Positions 50,907 through 63,784 of a DNA stretch of 64,000 nucleotides are shown in pieces. The notes under the pieces were generated by a model. It searched no databases. It was not told the DNA's origin and worked only from the letters and a program-made list of their open reading frames with translations. The position numbers were made by a program, and so were the translations under genes. Origin of the DNA: Octopus bimaculoides. Taxonomy: Eukaryota. The stretch is from contig NC_068991.1 in assembly GCF_001194135.2 (NCBI RefSeq), positions 47,362,714-47,426,713 of the forward strand. The letters run 5' to 3'. The stretch's first letter is position 1, and each line of letters opens with the position of its first letter.

Positions 50907-52806
50907 CTGGGTGGATGTAAGGTTCATCAAGGACTTCTAGATTACCACTTCGGGCGGCAGCGGCTGCGGCAGCCCTTCGTTCAGCTTCTTCATCTTCGCT
51001 GTACTTAAAATCAGAGTAACCCCCATCCGAATCATCATAGTCCTCGTCCCAATCAAGCACGTGGATATGTTTATAATCTTTCACCATGTGTTTAGGAGGT
51101 TTCGATACACGACCTGACCTAGTCCTGGGCCGATGTTTTTTACGTTCCTCTTTCTCTTCCTTGCTTAGTTCGGGTCCGTCTATTTTCTCCTCTTCTTCTT
51201 TGTTCCGCCGTCGATAAGGTCTCCGTTGTAACTGATTGAACGTCACTGTTTGTTGACCCTGTGACTGAGTTTCCACTCGAGTCTGCAATGTGGTTCCGTC
51301 TGACCTAGAACTCTCAACTTCTCCGCTGGTGACAGATTTGTGTAGTTCGGACGGATAGATCACTCTATAGACGATCCTAGTGTTGGTCTGAGGATTATAC
51401 AGAATACTCGAACCCTCAGCTTGCGTGCTGCGAGCTAGCTGTTGTTGCTGTACGACTTGCATAATTTGTTGTAGTTGATCCGTAGTCAGCTGCTGCAACG
51501 GTGTATATTGATTCCCTTGTTGAATAATACGGATAGGGTTTTGGCTGGAGCCCAACGGAGCCCCACTTTCGTCATTAGAAGGTGCAAGAGTGATGCTGAT
51601 ACTGTTTTGTGGTGTTATACCATTGCGAGACGAGCTGTTATCATTTGCCTCGTCGACATTTTCGTCGTTCGCCAAACATCCGTTATCGTTGTTTACAAAT
51701 TGCTGTTCCACCACTATGTTCTGTGTGCCTATATCTGAACCCATCATTTCTTCTTCCGTCTCTAAAACATCACCAGTTTGCTGTTGCAGATTCTGAAGTT
51801 GATGGTGTACGAGATCGTTTCGGTCATTGTTGTTGTTATTATTATTAACCGTGTTGTTGTTTGTTGTGGTTACTCTGTTAGTGGTAATGACATGTACAGG
51901 TAAAGTTGTAGTATGTGTGTTAACTAAATCTTGGTTAAATGTCTCCTGGACCCCTGCAGCAGCAGCATTAGCAGCCACTGCTGTTGCTACGCTATCACTA
52001 CCTCCTTCATCTTCAACACCTGTCACAGATGATGCTACTTCACTCATAGACATAGTTTCCGATAATGACGACGGTTGTTCAGAGAGATTTGCAGTAGTAA
52101 CTATAGAAAAGTCCCCAGTACCATCGACAAAACTGTTGTCAGTATTAGTGTCTGGCTGATTTTCACCGCTGTTGGCTCCAACAACGACATTTTCATGTAT
52201 TTCGGGGACGAGTACACCGTCAACAACTTGATGTCCTTTGTCATCGTTTTGTCTGGAAACAACAACCACAGTGGCAGCACGTTCCTGTTGAGATGATCCT
52301 GTCGCACTTTCTTGCACTTGCGGCTGAGCAATGTGGACAACTTGCGGAATGGATAAAGATGAAACAACGTTGACTGCATGTTGTACAGTGTCCACAGTAG
52401 AGACTGAACCAGTAACTGACGGCGATGTAATGGTCTCTGTAGTGACAGCAGATTGAAGAACGGTACTAGTTTCCACAACAGAGTTAACAATATCTCCAGC
52501 TGGACCAACTACACTGACGACACTTTCTGTAGAAGTGTTGTTATTGTCAATAGTGGACTGTACATATTTGACTGAAGCAAGACTTTCCTGTGGAACCGTT
52601 TCTGACATGGTTTGCTGCAAAATATCTCGGACACCTTCGGATTGTTGTTGTTCTTGGTCAACTGATTGTTCAGTTAATTCTTCAGATACAATCAGACTGT
52701 CTCCAGTAGGTACAACCATCGCGGGCAATTCAGCAGAACTACCTCCGGCAACCACAACAACATTATGTTGTTCTATGATACCAGTAGCACTTCGCTGGTC
52801 CGCCAT
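50907..52806 (-). CDS. ZNF839: ZNF839-like protein, coding exon 1 (633 codons + 1 nt)
   Basis: ATG in aacATGGCG context; long open frame; ends at phase-1 donor CCA G|gtaagt. Contains RTRSGRVSKPPKHMVKDYKHI and an acidic D/E tract, matching the [21 protein letters not shown] block I recall for human ZNF839. LTTDQLQQIMQVV resembles LGPEQLRQVLEQV. Confidence 0.9.
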
Positions 52807-53125
52807 GTTGGCAGGGCCTTACGACAGCAGCAGCAGCGGTAGTGGCAGTAGGCTCGCAGAAAGAAGTAAGAGAGGGTGATAGAAAAAAAACAACAACGGG
52901 AAAAGGCGAAGATGAAATATATTGTTCGTTGACTTGTATAATTAATGTATATTTTTTGCCATAATACATTCCTTTCCAGGTGGATTTTGTTCAGAGTTAT
53001 TTTCCAACCACTTAAAAACATAAATGGGTCGATATTATTTTAGTTAATTTCTCGTGTTTTTTTTACTTCCTATTAGCAGTGGGGGCAGCTGTATGAATGT
53101 ATAGTAGTCATTGTAGTAATTCCTG

Positions 53126-53187
53126 TTGGCGCCAACTCACCAAGTATAGAGCTTCTGATACGGGGCGCTGTGTGCAAAAGCACGTGA
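53126..53187. promoter_or_regulatory. Candidate proximal promoter motifs of the ZNF839-like gene
   Basis: Palindrome TTGGCGCCAA (53126-53135, E2F-like) and E-box CACGTG (53181-53186), 320-380 bp upstream of the ATG in a CpG-rich patch. Confidence 0.3.
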
Positions 53188-54073
53188 TCTCTCCAACTTT
53201 CGAGTTATCTCGCTTGACGATATACCTTTATGCCCCACCTTTTGTTATTCTCCGTTTAATATCAAATACACATGCGTAAATAAAATCTAATAATATTGCG
53301 TACTCACTATACATTTTAAATTACATAAATTATTCATAGTATAGTCTTAGATTTTTGCAAATGTTCGAAGTTGTATAATTTACATTTTAATGTCATATTT
53401 GCAAATTTTGGTAATTATCTCAAAAATATTTACTAGATAAGTAAGGTATATTGTCAAATAATGAAAAAAATGTTTTAATGCCAAAATAATTAATTTTCCT
53501 AAAACATCTAATTTGCTTTAATTATTTTAAATATATTTATACATGTAACAAACGCAACGTTGCTTCTAGAGGTTTTGTTAGCCTCTCAAATTTTGATGCA
53601 GGTACCTTCCCTTCTTATTTATGCGAAGCATAAAGTTATCTCTAAAACTAGAATTTTAAGAGAGGTTATCTTTTGTAATATTCATCTCTCTCTCTCTCTC
53701 TCTCTCTCTCTATTTTCTCTCTCTCTCTCCCCCTCTCTCTCTCCCCCTCTCTTTCGCATGCAGTAATTATACTCACCCATTAACAAAATATAAGCAGTTT
53801 CTGTATCTTAAGCTTTGTATAATTGCGTAAAACCACCCCATTAAAAATTGTATATACGTGCACACACACACACATCATCATCATCTTTTAGCGTCCGTTT
53901 TCCATGCTGGCATAGTTTAGACGGTTTGACCAGCGGTATCAAGCAGGAGAGCTGCACCAGGTTCCAGTCTTATTTGACTTGGTTCCTATGGCTGGATGCA
54001 CTTCTTAATGCCAACCACTTTACAGTGAGTGGTGGGTGCTTTTAACGTAGCGATATATATATATACATACATA

Positions 54074-54884
54074 CAAGGTACGGTGAATAAACTGTCGTCT
54101 AAAATTACGCAAAAATAAAAATAACACTGACATCTCATTGTAACAGATATATTTACCAAAATTACATTAAAATATTTTGAAATGCTAAAGAGTGAATTTA
54201 TTCAATAAAATTGCCATTGGCTTCAACCACAGCCTCCACTCGACTTTGGAATCTCCTGCAACTCTTGTGGACAGTCTCTTTGTTCAAGTTAGTGAATGCT
54301 GCCATAATCCTTGCCTTCAGTTCATCTTTGGTGTTACAAGGAGTTTTGTTGGTCTCTCGCTCAACTGTGTCACACACACATAATACTCAAGGGGGTTGCA
54401 ATCTGGGGGGTTAGGTGGCCAGATGTTAGAGGTGATGTGATTGTAGAAATTGTCTGATAGTCATGACTGGTTTCTCCTGCTTGTGTGGCATGGTGCAGAG
54501 TCTTGTTGCTAGACATAGGGTCTTCCAGCAACCACCCTCTTGACCCAGGGCAGCACTACCTCCTCCAGGCACTTGATGTAGGTCTCCATGTTGAGTCTCA
54601 GGCCATGTGGGAAGATAAATGGAGGCACAACATTACCATTACTAGTGATCACTCCAAGCACCCTGATGTTGACTGGATGTTTGATTTTTATTGCTCTTGG
54701 TACTTGTCCTAAGATTGCACTGTCCTCAGACTGAGACCCAAACACTCTGAAATGTTCGTATTGGAGCTTTCGGTGCGAATGTCAAGCTGACCCTACCATA
54801 CTGTGTAGTCAACAAAATCAAAATCAAACAAGGAGCATGTGTGAAATTAAAAATATAAAATGACAATAATTTACCCATTACACC

Positions 54885-54887
<3 letters not shown>
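54074..54887 (-). mobile_element. Decayed Tc1/mariner (maT/DD37D-like) transposon, 3' half of transposase
   Basis: ORF 54509-54745 (KHPVNI-VLGVITSNG-V-PPFIFPHGLRLN..PWVKRVVAGRPYV) followed by QQDSAPCHTS and WPPNPPDCNPLEYYV. Degenerate TIRs cagggtgtaatgggtaaatt / caaggtacggtgaataaact. Confidence 0.82.
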
Positions 54888-54925
<38 letters not shown>

Positions 54926-54980
54926 GAATAAGGAGAAAATGGAGAGGTAATTAATAAAAATTATTTATTAATCTTTAGAT

Positions 54981-55351
54981 CAAAGGTTCTCAATGGGGGG
55001 GGCCATTTGGAGCTCGAGGAGGGGGGGCGTTTTAGCACAAAGGGGCTCTCATGTACCAAAGAGCACTCTTTCGATAGACAACACGTTGATCTCATAAGTG
55101 TTGCATGGAGGAAATAAATGTAATTACCAAACTTTCAATTCATTATTTTGTTTTGTTTTTTTGCATTTCAATTTGTACATCTGTACTCCCCACTGCGTAC
55201 AAGTGCATATGTAAAATGACAACCTTTATTTTTTTAATCATTATCTACTGATATCAAAATAAGTAGTATATTAAAAAATAAAAATAATTTCTTGGGGAGC
55301 CATTTGTGACTCCAAGGGTGATAATGGGCCAAAATGGGTTGAGAACTTTTG
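54981..55351. mobile_element. hAT-type MITE (371 bp)
   Basis: TIRs caaaggttctcaa / ttgagaacttttg. 8-bp target duplication ctttagat (54973-80) / cttttgat (55352-59), 7 of 8 identical. Confidence 0.78.
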
Positions 55352-55620
55352 CTTTTGATAATCAATTTATAAAATTAAAATCACTATAAGATGAATCCTT
55401 TCAGAGGTAGTAAGGATATACCAATTAGAAATACATGTTGAGATAATGGCTATGTTACACGTTATTTCAACATGTTATGTAAATATGCTATCTCAACATG
55501 TTATCTAAATTATCTAAATACATATTATCTCAAACATGTATTTCTAATTAGTATATCCTTTCTACATCTGAAGATATTCGTCTTATAATAAATTTAATTT
55601 TATAAATTAATTGTCTAAAG
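55352..55620. repeat. Foldback inverted repeat (about 96-bp arms, about 76-bp spacer)
   Basis: 55352-55447 aligns with the reverse complement of 55524-55620 (e.g. aaggatataccaattagaaatacatgttgagataat vs aaggatatactaattagaaatacatgtttgagataat). Confidence 0.85.
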
Positions 55621-55773
55621 ATTTCTGAATCGAAATAGCTATCAGGCTCCAAGCTCCAATCTGATCTGGCAATATTTCTACAGCTGGATGCCCTTCCTAA
55701 TACCAACCACTCTGAGAATGTAGTGAGTGCACAGGAGCCAGTTCGAAGTGGGGTGGCTGGCTGGCTGACTGGC

Positions 55774-55848
<75 letters not shown>

Positions 55849-56430
55849 TATATCATAAAAAAGGAGGGACCAAATAAATCAGATCATGGCGAATCAACAT
55901 CAAAGCACATCACCTTTTGGCTAGACAGTTCATTCTAAATATTCCAGGTAATTAAACATTCAAGTCAGCAGTCAATGTTGAGTTGCATGGTTAGTTCACT
56001 GACATCAGATATTCTGCAAATCCAAGCATGTATCAAGGGAATAATTGGTACATTTGATGTGGTGTAATCTATAGTAATACATATGAAACAAATGGCTATT
56101 ATTGGTTATTACTATGTATGCTTCCATAGCAATTTTAATTTAGAACACAAGTACATTATATAACTTGACATGTTACAATATGCAACATCATGTAACATTA
56201 TGCAAGTTCATATTTTCCTAAAATGCCACTTCTTTGAGCACTTTTTTAGTGATATGCCACAAAAAATTTAACAACAGAGAACGATTAAAAATTTATGAAA
56301 TGCTGAATTTAAGGAACTTAGAAACAGTAGAAATGCTTATTTAAGCTGGCAGCCATGAAATCCATTAATTTCACAGGCAAAACAAATTTAATGCATGCCT
56401 TCTTCAAATGGAAGTGGTCAAAATGTTGAC

Positions 56431-56491
56431 CATCATCATCATCATCGTTGTCATCATCATCATCATCGTTGTCATGATCATCATTGTCATC

Positions 56492-56546
<55 letters not shown>

Positions 56547-56574
56547 CCACCTCCACCACCACCACCACCACCAT
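56431..56574. repeat. (CAT)n/(CAC)n trinucleotide tract, expanded tail of an RTE 3' end
   Basis: Directly followed by ttatttaacgttgctttccaaattggcatgggtt, the reverse complement of the RTE UTR terminus. Confidence 0.85.
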
Positions 56575-57131
56575 TATTTAACGTTGCTTTCCAAATTGGC
56601 ATGGGTTTGACATACTGTCACAGTCCAAGACAGTTCCTATTCTGAGTTACTTCTTAGTTAGTGCCCATCTAGATGTGTCAGACGACCATGTTTTGCTCAT
56701 ATCTTCCCATCTTTTGGTTTGGTTTCTATGACTTAATATCTTTTGCATCATCAACGATTTTACAGAGTTACTGGATGCATTTTACTGTGGATCCAGTACA
56801 TGACAACCAAAGAAGTTGTCATGTCCTCTATAAGACTTAAAGAGTCCCCTTAGACCTATGTTGTCTTTGTTTGTTTACCAACCACTTTACAGAGTGTACT
56901 GGGTGCATTTTATCATGGCACCAGTAATAGAAAGACTATCATGTTCACCACAAGAATAAAGGTTCTTCCCAGCTTGATACTGTCTTCACTCCTTTACCAA
57001 TTACTGGGTGCATTTTATCATGGCAATGGCACTAGTAAGGTTACTTTGTATCCAATAAGATTAGAAAGTGTAATGGGATACACATAATGCATTCAGACAC
57101 TCAATTAAATGGGTCCAAGATGTTGATTAGT

Positions 57132-57515
57132 TGTTGTTGTTGGCACTCCGTCGCTTACGACGATGAGGGTTCCAGTTGATCCGATCAACGGAACAGCCTG
57201 CTCGTGAAATTAACGTGCAAGTGGCTGAGCACACCAGAGACACGTGTACCCTTAACGTAGTTCTCGGGGGAGATTCAGCGTGACACAGAGTGTGACAAGG
57301 CTGACCCTTTCAAATACAAGTACAACAGAAACATAGAATGAGAGAAAGTTGTGGTGAAAGAGTACAGCAGGGTTCACCACCACCCCCTGCTGGAGCCTCG
57401 TGGAGCCTTAGGTGTTTTCGCTCAATAAACACTCACAACACCCGGATGGGAATCGAAATCGTGATCCTATGACCGCGAGTCCGCTGCCCTAACCACTGGG
57501 CCATTGCGCCTCCAC
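57132..57515 (-). mobile_element. Full-length, little-decayed tRNA-derived SINE, family D, with (CAA)n tail
   Basis: Head ggaggcgcaatggcccagtggttagggcagcggactcgcggtc. 12-bp TSD atgttgattagt at 57120-57131 and 57516-57527. Its 3' half is shared with the decayed copy at about 90-310 (+). Confidence 0.9.
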
Positions 57516-57935
57516 ATGTTGATTAGTAGACAGAGATATAACAGTAAAAGAATCAAGAAGGGTGGGTGAAAGCTTCAAGAGCAGAATAATTAGTGGGAGA
57601 AGGCAGGAAATGAGGAATGAGAATGGTAAATGGTAAAAGAGGTGGTAGTGGGCAATGTTAAGACTAAGTTAGGAATGTTATTAGCAAGTGGTTAAAAGGA
57701 ATGATGAGTAGCAGTGCAGAAAGGATGATGATATGGTGTATCAAATACTGCATTCCTTAGTTACAGTAGCAAAATAATATAGCAAGCAGAAAAGGTACAT
57801 GATAGGGAGATGACTGAATTGTACATGAGAGATCATCAGATGGAGATTTCACAAGTACATATTGAGCAAGAGACCCAAATATATGCATATACATATTTGC
57901 GTGCACACATGCATACATGCCCCCCCCACAATGAT

Positions 57936-57983
<48 letters not shown>

Positions 57984-60699
57984 ATCAATACGAATTCTAA
58001 GGTGGATATCTCTTATGTGTTTAAATGTATACTCTATTTATATATATCATCATCATCATCATCACGATCATTGTAATTTTTACATCTTTATGCTCACATA
58101 GGTTGGATGAGTTACTTTAAACACAGTGTCTCTCACTTGTTGTAGTCCTTTGTAATCTTTCTGAGGCAATACATTCTGAGATCAGCCTCGACACTTCTGT
58201 CATGGCTTTTTCATTCTTCCTATTCTACAGGTTTCTATTTGCATCATTTAGCACTTTTTCACCCAACTATATTCATGTGCATTAAAAATCCATATCAGGC
58301 AGTCTTCCCTCTTGTATACAACAATGGATACTAAACTGACTATGTGAGAAATAAGTATATACTTTTCTTGGGTTGGTATGCATGTACCTCCTCCACAACA
58401 AGACATCTGTTTCTGTCTCTCAGTCTCTCTGTCACACTCTAACCTTTCATCATCTGACACAAGATCACCTCCTCCAATGCCTCCTTCCCTCTCAAAGATT
58501 CATTGTCATGCAAGTTACTTAGTGACCCTGCCAGTGCTGATGCCACTTAAAAAGCATCCAGTCCACACTGTAAAGTGGTTGGCATTTGGAAGGGCATCCA
58601 GCTGTAAAAGCCATGCCAAAACTGACCTATATCGCTGTTCATGAGCGTCCTCACCAGGGTTAACAGCAAACATACAACCCACGCAGATGCATGTAGATAT
58701 ATGAATAAATGTCCATCAACCACTTCCATTTATTATTCCGTTCGTATTTATATTTGTGGCCACATTAAAGATATTTAAAGTTACCACCTTGTTCCATGTA
58801 TTTCTTTATACCGTGTTCCTGTCCAATGATATTACAGCCTTCTGAGTAGAGTCACATTAGATGGAAAACAACCTATCCATCTAAAACCTCTCTACTGGTG
58901 GCAGTGTGTAGGTTACTTAGGCAGAGGTAAAAAATACGTACACCACCCGTTTTTGGCGTAACAAAAGCCTTAGCCCTAAACACCCGGTGTATGTATTCTT
59001 TACTTTCGCCGGTTTCTTTATATCTGCCAACATCTTGAAGGAAGAGCACTCATATGATCATTTGATGAGAGTCAAAGAATGTTTACACCAAGCCAGCACA
59101 CACCTTGTTCAGTGTTAATATAGTGTTAGTCTTGTATACACAATTAGAGTTCTTCCTCAAATTTATGATTGCATGAGTTTTTTAATGGTTAATGCCTTTT
59201 CTATCACAAACCACGTAATAGCATGGGTTGCATGAATTTTATCATACCATCGACAGTAGGGAGGCCATCTGATAGAACTAAAATCATTCGCTATAATGTA
59301 TCAGTTTTTATTCAAGGTTATTTTTCTCTAAGATAGGTCGGCTTTGTTGTGACCTGTTCAGACACATTTCTACTATATAATTAATTCATTACAGTTAATG
59401 ATTTTTTATAATGTGTCTATGTATTCATCTGAACAGAACAAACACCTAGATGCAGGAAATATAGAGTGAAAATGGACTGAATCAGTAAATTCAAATAAAT
59501 AACTGAATTACATGTAATCACATTTTTTTCCCTCTTTGTATATACGCGTACAGATATTTGTACACAGAAATGTGTTCTTCCGCGCGTAATGGGGAACCAA
59601 GAGTTACTTCCCATGATATACATATTTCTGAAAACAGCTTGGCATTTGGAGACATGGTCTTACGAATTTATTGCTCTGTAGTGAAAGTAAAGAAAACCAT
59701 ATGCATGGAAACAGCTTATGTCGATCACGATGACGACGAAGGAAACAATAGTGACGATGATTTAGAATAAAAAACGGTATTAGTAGGTCAGCAAAAGTAT
59801 TTACTGAAATTCCGCCTTCCTCACCTCAAAAAAAAAAAAAAATGAGAAAACAAAAGCTACAAGAAAGATACAGCGAGGGAGAAAAAGAACGAGACAGAAG
59901 GGTTAGGTGAATATAGGGGAAATTGAGAGGAATGTTTATAAGAGAGGGTGAAAAGAGATTACCTCCTCCTCATCCATTTTCAAAACAAATACTATTGACT
60001 CATTATAAACCATCACCATTGGTTACTAATAGGAATCGACTAGGGAACCTTTATGCAGTCATCCGACTAGAAATTGCAGCTAATATTACCTTTAAAAAAG
60101 GATGTACACATTAGAGAATTTCGATGATATACAAATATAAAAGGGATTGTCACGATTGGATCTCATTTAAGTATAATTCTGTTTCATTAGGGCTGATCAG
60201 AACTGCATGAGTCTACGATTGATTTCCCCCACCACTTTTACCTGGATACTTAGAGACAGTGAGATCACATACACAACTCGTACACACACAAGAGAGAAAG
60301 TAGAGAAATGTGAGGTGTTTCTATTATAAATATGTAATACAATACAATTTTCTTTTTACTACAGGCACAAGACCTAAAATATTAGAGGAGATGAGAGTAC
60401 ATTACGTCAGCTACAGTACTCAACTGGTATTATTTTATCGACCCTGAAAGAATGAAAGGCAAAGTCGACCTCGGGCAGTTTGATCCCGGGATGTAAAATG
60501 GGAAGAAATGCCACTAAGCATTATGTCCGGTGTATTATATACACACGCACCCGCACACACAAACACGCACACGCACAAATACGTATACATACATACATAC
60601 ATACATACATACATACATACATAAATACATACATATAGAGGCGCGTACAACACACAAATTTTTTCATGGTTCTCCGTCGTTTTCAACGATGAACATTTC

Positions 60700-63450
60700 T
60701 CCGTTTTCGCTCTCCGAACACCTTAAACTACTAGTAACTCTTTGATTATATTTCCTTCTGTATTAAAGGAATATATAGCTTACTTTATCGTTCCCCGAAG
60801 TTACCGTTTTCGGTGACTTCAAAGCTCATGAATCTCATCTCCCATACCGAAGCTACTAATGCAAAAGCTTGATATTTTGCTATTCTCAACTCAATGTATC
60901 AACTTGCCTTACCTTCTACTCGCATTCCAGACTGACACAAAGACACTTTAAACACTTACGACCTCTTTCTTACTTAAAAATCTGCTCTCCTAAATCGTAA
61001 TAATCTCTACATCTTATTGGGTCATCCGACCACCATCTCGTCGGAATTACATACTACATAACGCTTTACCCCTCGTATCCTACGGTACTGTAAGTCAACC
61101 CACTGGCCGAAATTCTGCCCGTTTTATGCCGGTTATTTCTGGTAGTACACGTGATTCACTCCTAATCTATCAGAAGCAACTAGGCAGCTGTGCCGTCTTA
61201 AAGCATAGACACACTAGGCAGTTACCCGGGGACCTCACAGGTCTAGAGCCCTAATTCTGATCTACGTATGTTTGTGGCTTGTCAATAAATAAATATTATA
61301 GGGCCTAGTACATTGATTTGCCCGGTGGACTATAATACTGCTACAACGGCTAATCTAGGTAGGTGACTGAAAATATCCTTTTAGGTATGTCTCTATATCC
61401 CCAACACGATAGAAACTCAAATCTCCCCAAGTGGTTCATTCATAACTGCACTGCAGCTGTTCAGGGGAAAGCAAGGCCTACATCATCTGGAGAAATTCAC
61501 TCACTTCCCAAAACTGGACAGCGTTGTTCAATATCACAGCTCTTATGTTTCAGTGGTTAGAGCGTCGGGCTTACAATCGTGAGGCTGTGAGTTCAATTCA
61601 GACTCGTCACCAAACTTTGGTGTCTGGGGGTGCTTCAGAATATTCTAGGTGAGCATCGATTTGAAATAATGGAGTTTCGAAATCACTGTAAATCTGAGTG
61701 TGCATCATTGAATAGTGAGGGGGAAGTGTCGTCCAGTGTACCTCCTTAATGACGGGCATGGTTCGATCCCCGGAGAGGGCTGTGTGATGTGTTCTTGAGC
61801 AAGACATTTTATTTCACGTTGCTCCTGTTCACTCTGCTGTAGAAATGAGTTGCGACCTTACTGGTACCAATCCGTATTGGCCTTTGCCTTTCTCTTAGAC
61901 AACATCAATGGCGTAGAGAGGGGAGGCTGGAATGCATAGACGACTGCTGGTCTTCCACAAACAACTTTGCTCGGACTTGTGCCTCGGGGAGGAACTTTCT
62001 CGGTGCAATCCCATGGTCAATCGTGACCAATGGAGGGTTTACCCTTTACCCTGCAAAACTACTATCCGAACTGCCAAAGATGCCTTCGTGAATTGCACAT
62101 CCTTCGACTTTTACCACCTTCCAAACCGCAGACAGTCCTGGTGTCTTACCAAAAGAATCTCCACCAACATTGTGGAATCTTCTTGTTCTCCATTTCTCGG
62201 CAACAACGGATCTTTGTGCAGTATCCCCGCCGAAAAAGCCTCCGCCTTCGCTACTTGTTTTGATTCTACTTCCATACTACACCTATTTGGTCTCCAAATC
62301 TATCCCTTTACATCCTTTCAGGACCATCACCTTGCATATACGCACATGTCGAGGGGAAATATCTTCGGTCGCTTCAACCTGACAAGATCGCCGACCTTGA
62401 CAGCATCTCTTCCATAACCTTCAAACACGGAATTTGTCCCTATACTCAACAAACTCTTCAATCTCTCAATCACTATAGGAAATATCCTGATCTTTGGCAA
62501 TGCATATCATAGTGTGTTCTATTCCCAAGAAAAGTAACCTTTCTGACCCCTGTCAACTATTGTCCTATTGCACCCAGTTCCATATCTCAAAGGTAATGGA
62601 AACAGCCTTCAACAACGACTTCTCCAACACTTTGAATCTCTGTCTCTCACTCTCTCTATGTCCCCTCCTTTTCTCACCTTCTCTCTATCCTTCCCTCTCT
62701 CTCCCCTCCCTTCCCCTCTCCCTCCCTTCCCCTCTCCCTCCCTTCCCCTCTCTCCCTTCCTCTCCTCAACGATCAACAGTATGGATTCCGTAGAGCAAAT
62801 TCCACTGGAGATCTAGAGACTTACTTTCTTGTGTCATTCACCTGCGAGCTCTCGTCTTAGAGAAATTTGGTAAAAAGCAATGTTGTTGCTCTCAATATCA
62901 ATACAACTTTTCAACATGTCTGGCATGTGAATCTCCAACAGAAACTTCCAACCTACAGGCAACATCTTTCTCTCTCTCTCGTCTCTTGAATCAATCGTAC
63001 TGTATTAACAGAGCTCTTTCTGTCCACCCTCAATCAATTCTGGTGTACCCCAGTGTTCAGTTTGTCGCTACACTTTTCCTTCAATACTTCAATGGCCATC
63101 TTGCTGTCACGTCCAAATCCCTCTCTGGCGCGGATAATAGAACTAAACTTCTCAAAACACGCATCAGCTACACGCAACCTAGGTACTGTAACCCTCAACC
63201 TGCACCGATTCCATAAAGGGAGACCTTGAAGGCATTCACCAGTGGAGCAACATCAATCTTCCATCAGCAAAAGCAAAAAAGAAAAATCTAAAAAACAAAA
63301 ACAAATCCCTGTTCATATGAAGAAATATCATCGCACCTCACCCACTTAGACGTGAGCAGCGCTTTACTACAGCCCTCACAAACACTCCAAATGTTCTGGT
63401 GAATACCCAACCTTATCTTCAGGTTCAGAAAATACGTCAGTCTCTAACAT
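60700..63450 (+). mobile_element. Decayed CR1/L2/Jockey-type LINE ORF2 (APE + RT), interrupted by a SINE
   Basis: VFGDFKAHE and PSTRIPD*..NTYDLFLT (endonuclease), then LNKLFNLS, IPKKSNLSDP, ISKVMETAFN and PQCSV (RT). SINE at 61550-62051 and a CT-rich tract at about 62640-62770. Confidence 0.75.
61550..62051 (+). mobile_element. tRNA-derived SINE, family A (head split by about 150 bp)
   Basis: Aligns end to end with 13148-13490 but keeps its CpGs. Confidence 0.8.
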
Positions 63451-63696
63451 TTGCTGACTCTCTACAAAGCTTAAGTAAGATCACAATAGAGTGTTGCTCT
63501 CTTACCAGAGATGGTGCTACTGCTGCATACACTGTCATCCCAAAATGTATCAGAGAAGGGCTACTCGACTGAATTGCATGAAATTAGTCAAAGATATGCG
63601 CCAGCCTCCGACCTGCTACGATGATTTATATATTTAATTGGTGGGGTTTTCGGCTTTGCTACTAAGTGTCTAAGCCGTAATATCAAAAAACTTAGA

Positions 63697-63784
63697 GTAA
63701 CGATTAGTTAAATAACGATGAGTTAATAAGTAACGATTAGTTAATAAGTAACAATTAGTTAATTTTCAAGTAACGATTAGTGAA
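63697..63784. repeat. Short tandem array of GTAACGATTAGTTAA-like units (5 copies, 16-22 bp period)
   Basis: Units start at about 63697, 63713, 63730, 63748 and 63770. Confidence 0.8.

Noticed and set aside
52763-52969. Overlapping upstream ORF of the ZNF839-like gene
   Set aside because: The TSS is unknown and the uATG lies in AT-rich sequence that may not be transcribed.
57440-57515. tRNA gene (also 13148-13225 and 44241-44310)
   Set aside because: A and B boxes are present but there is no complete cloverleaf, and each continues into a SINE body with tail or TSD.
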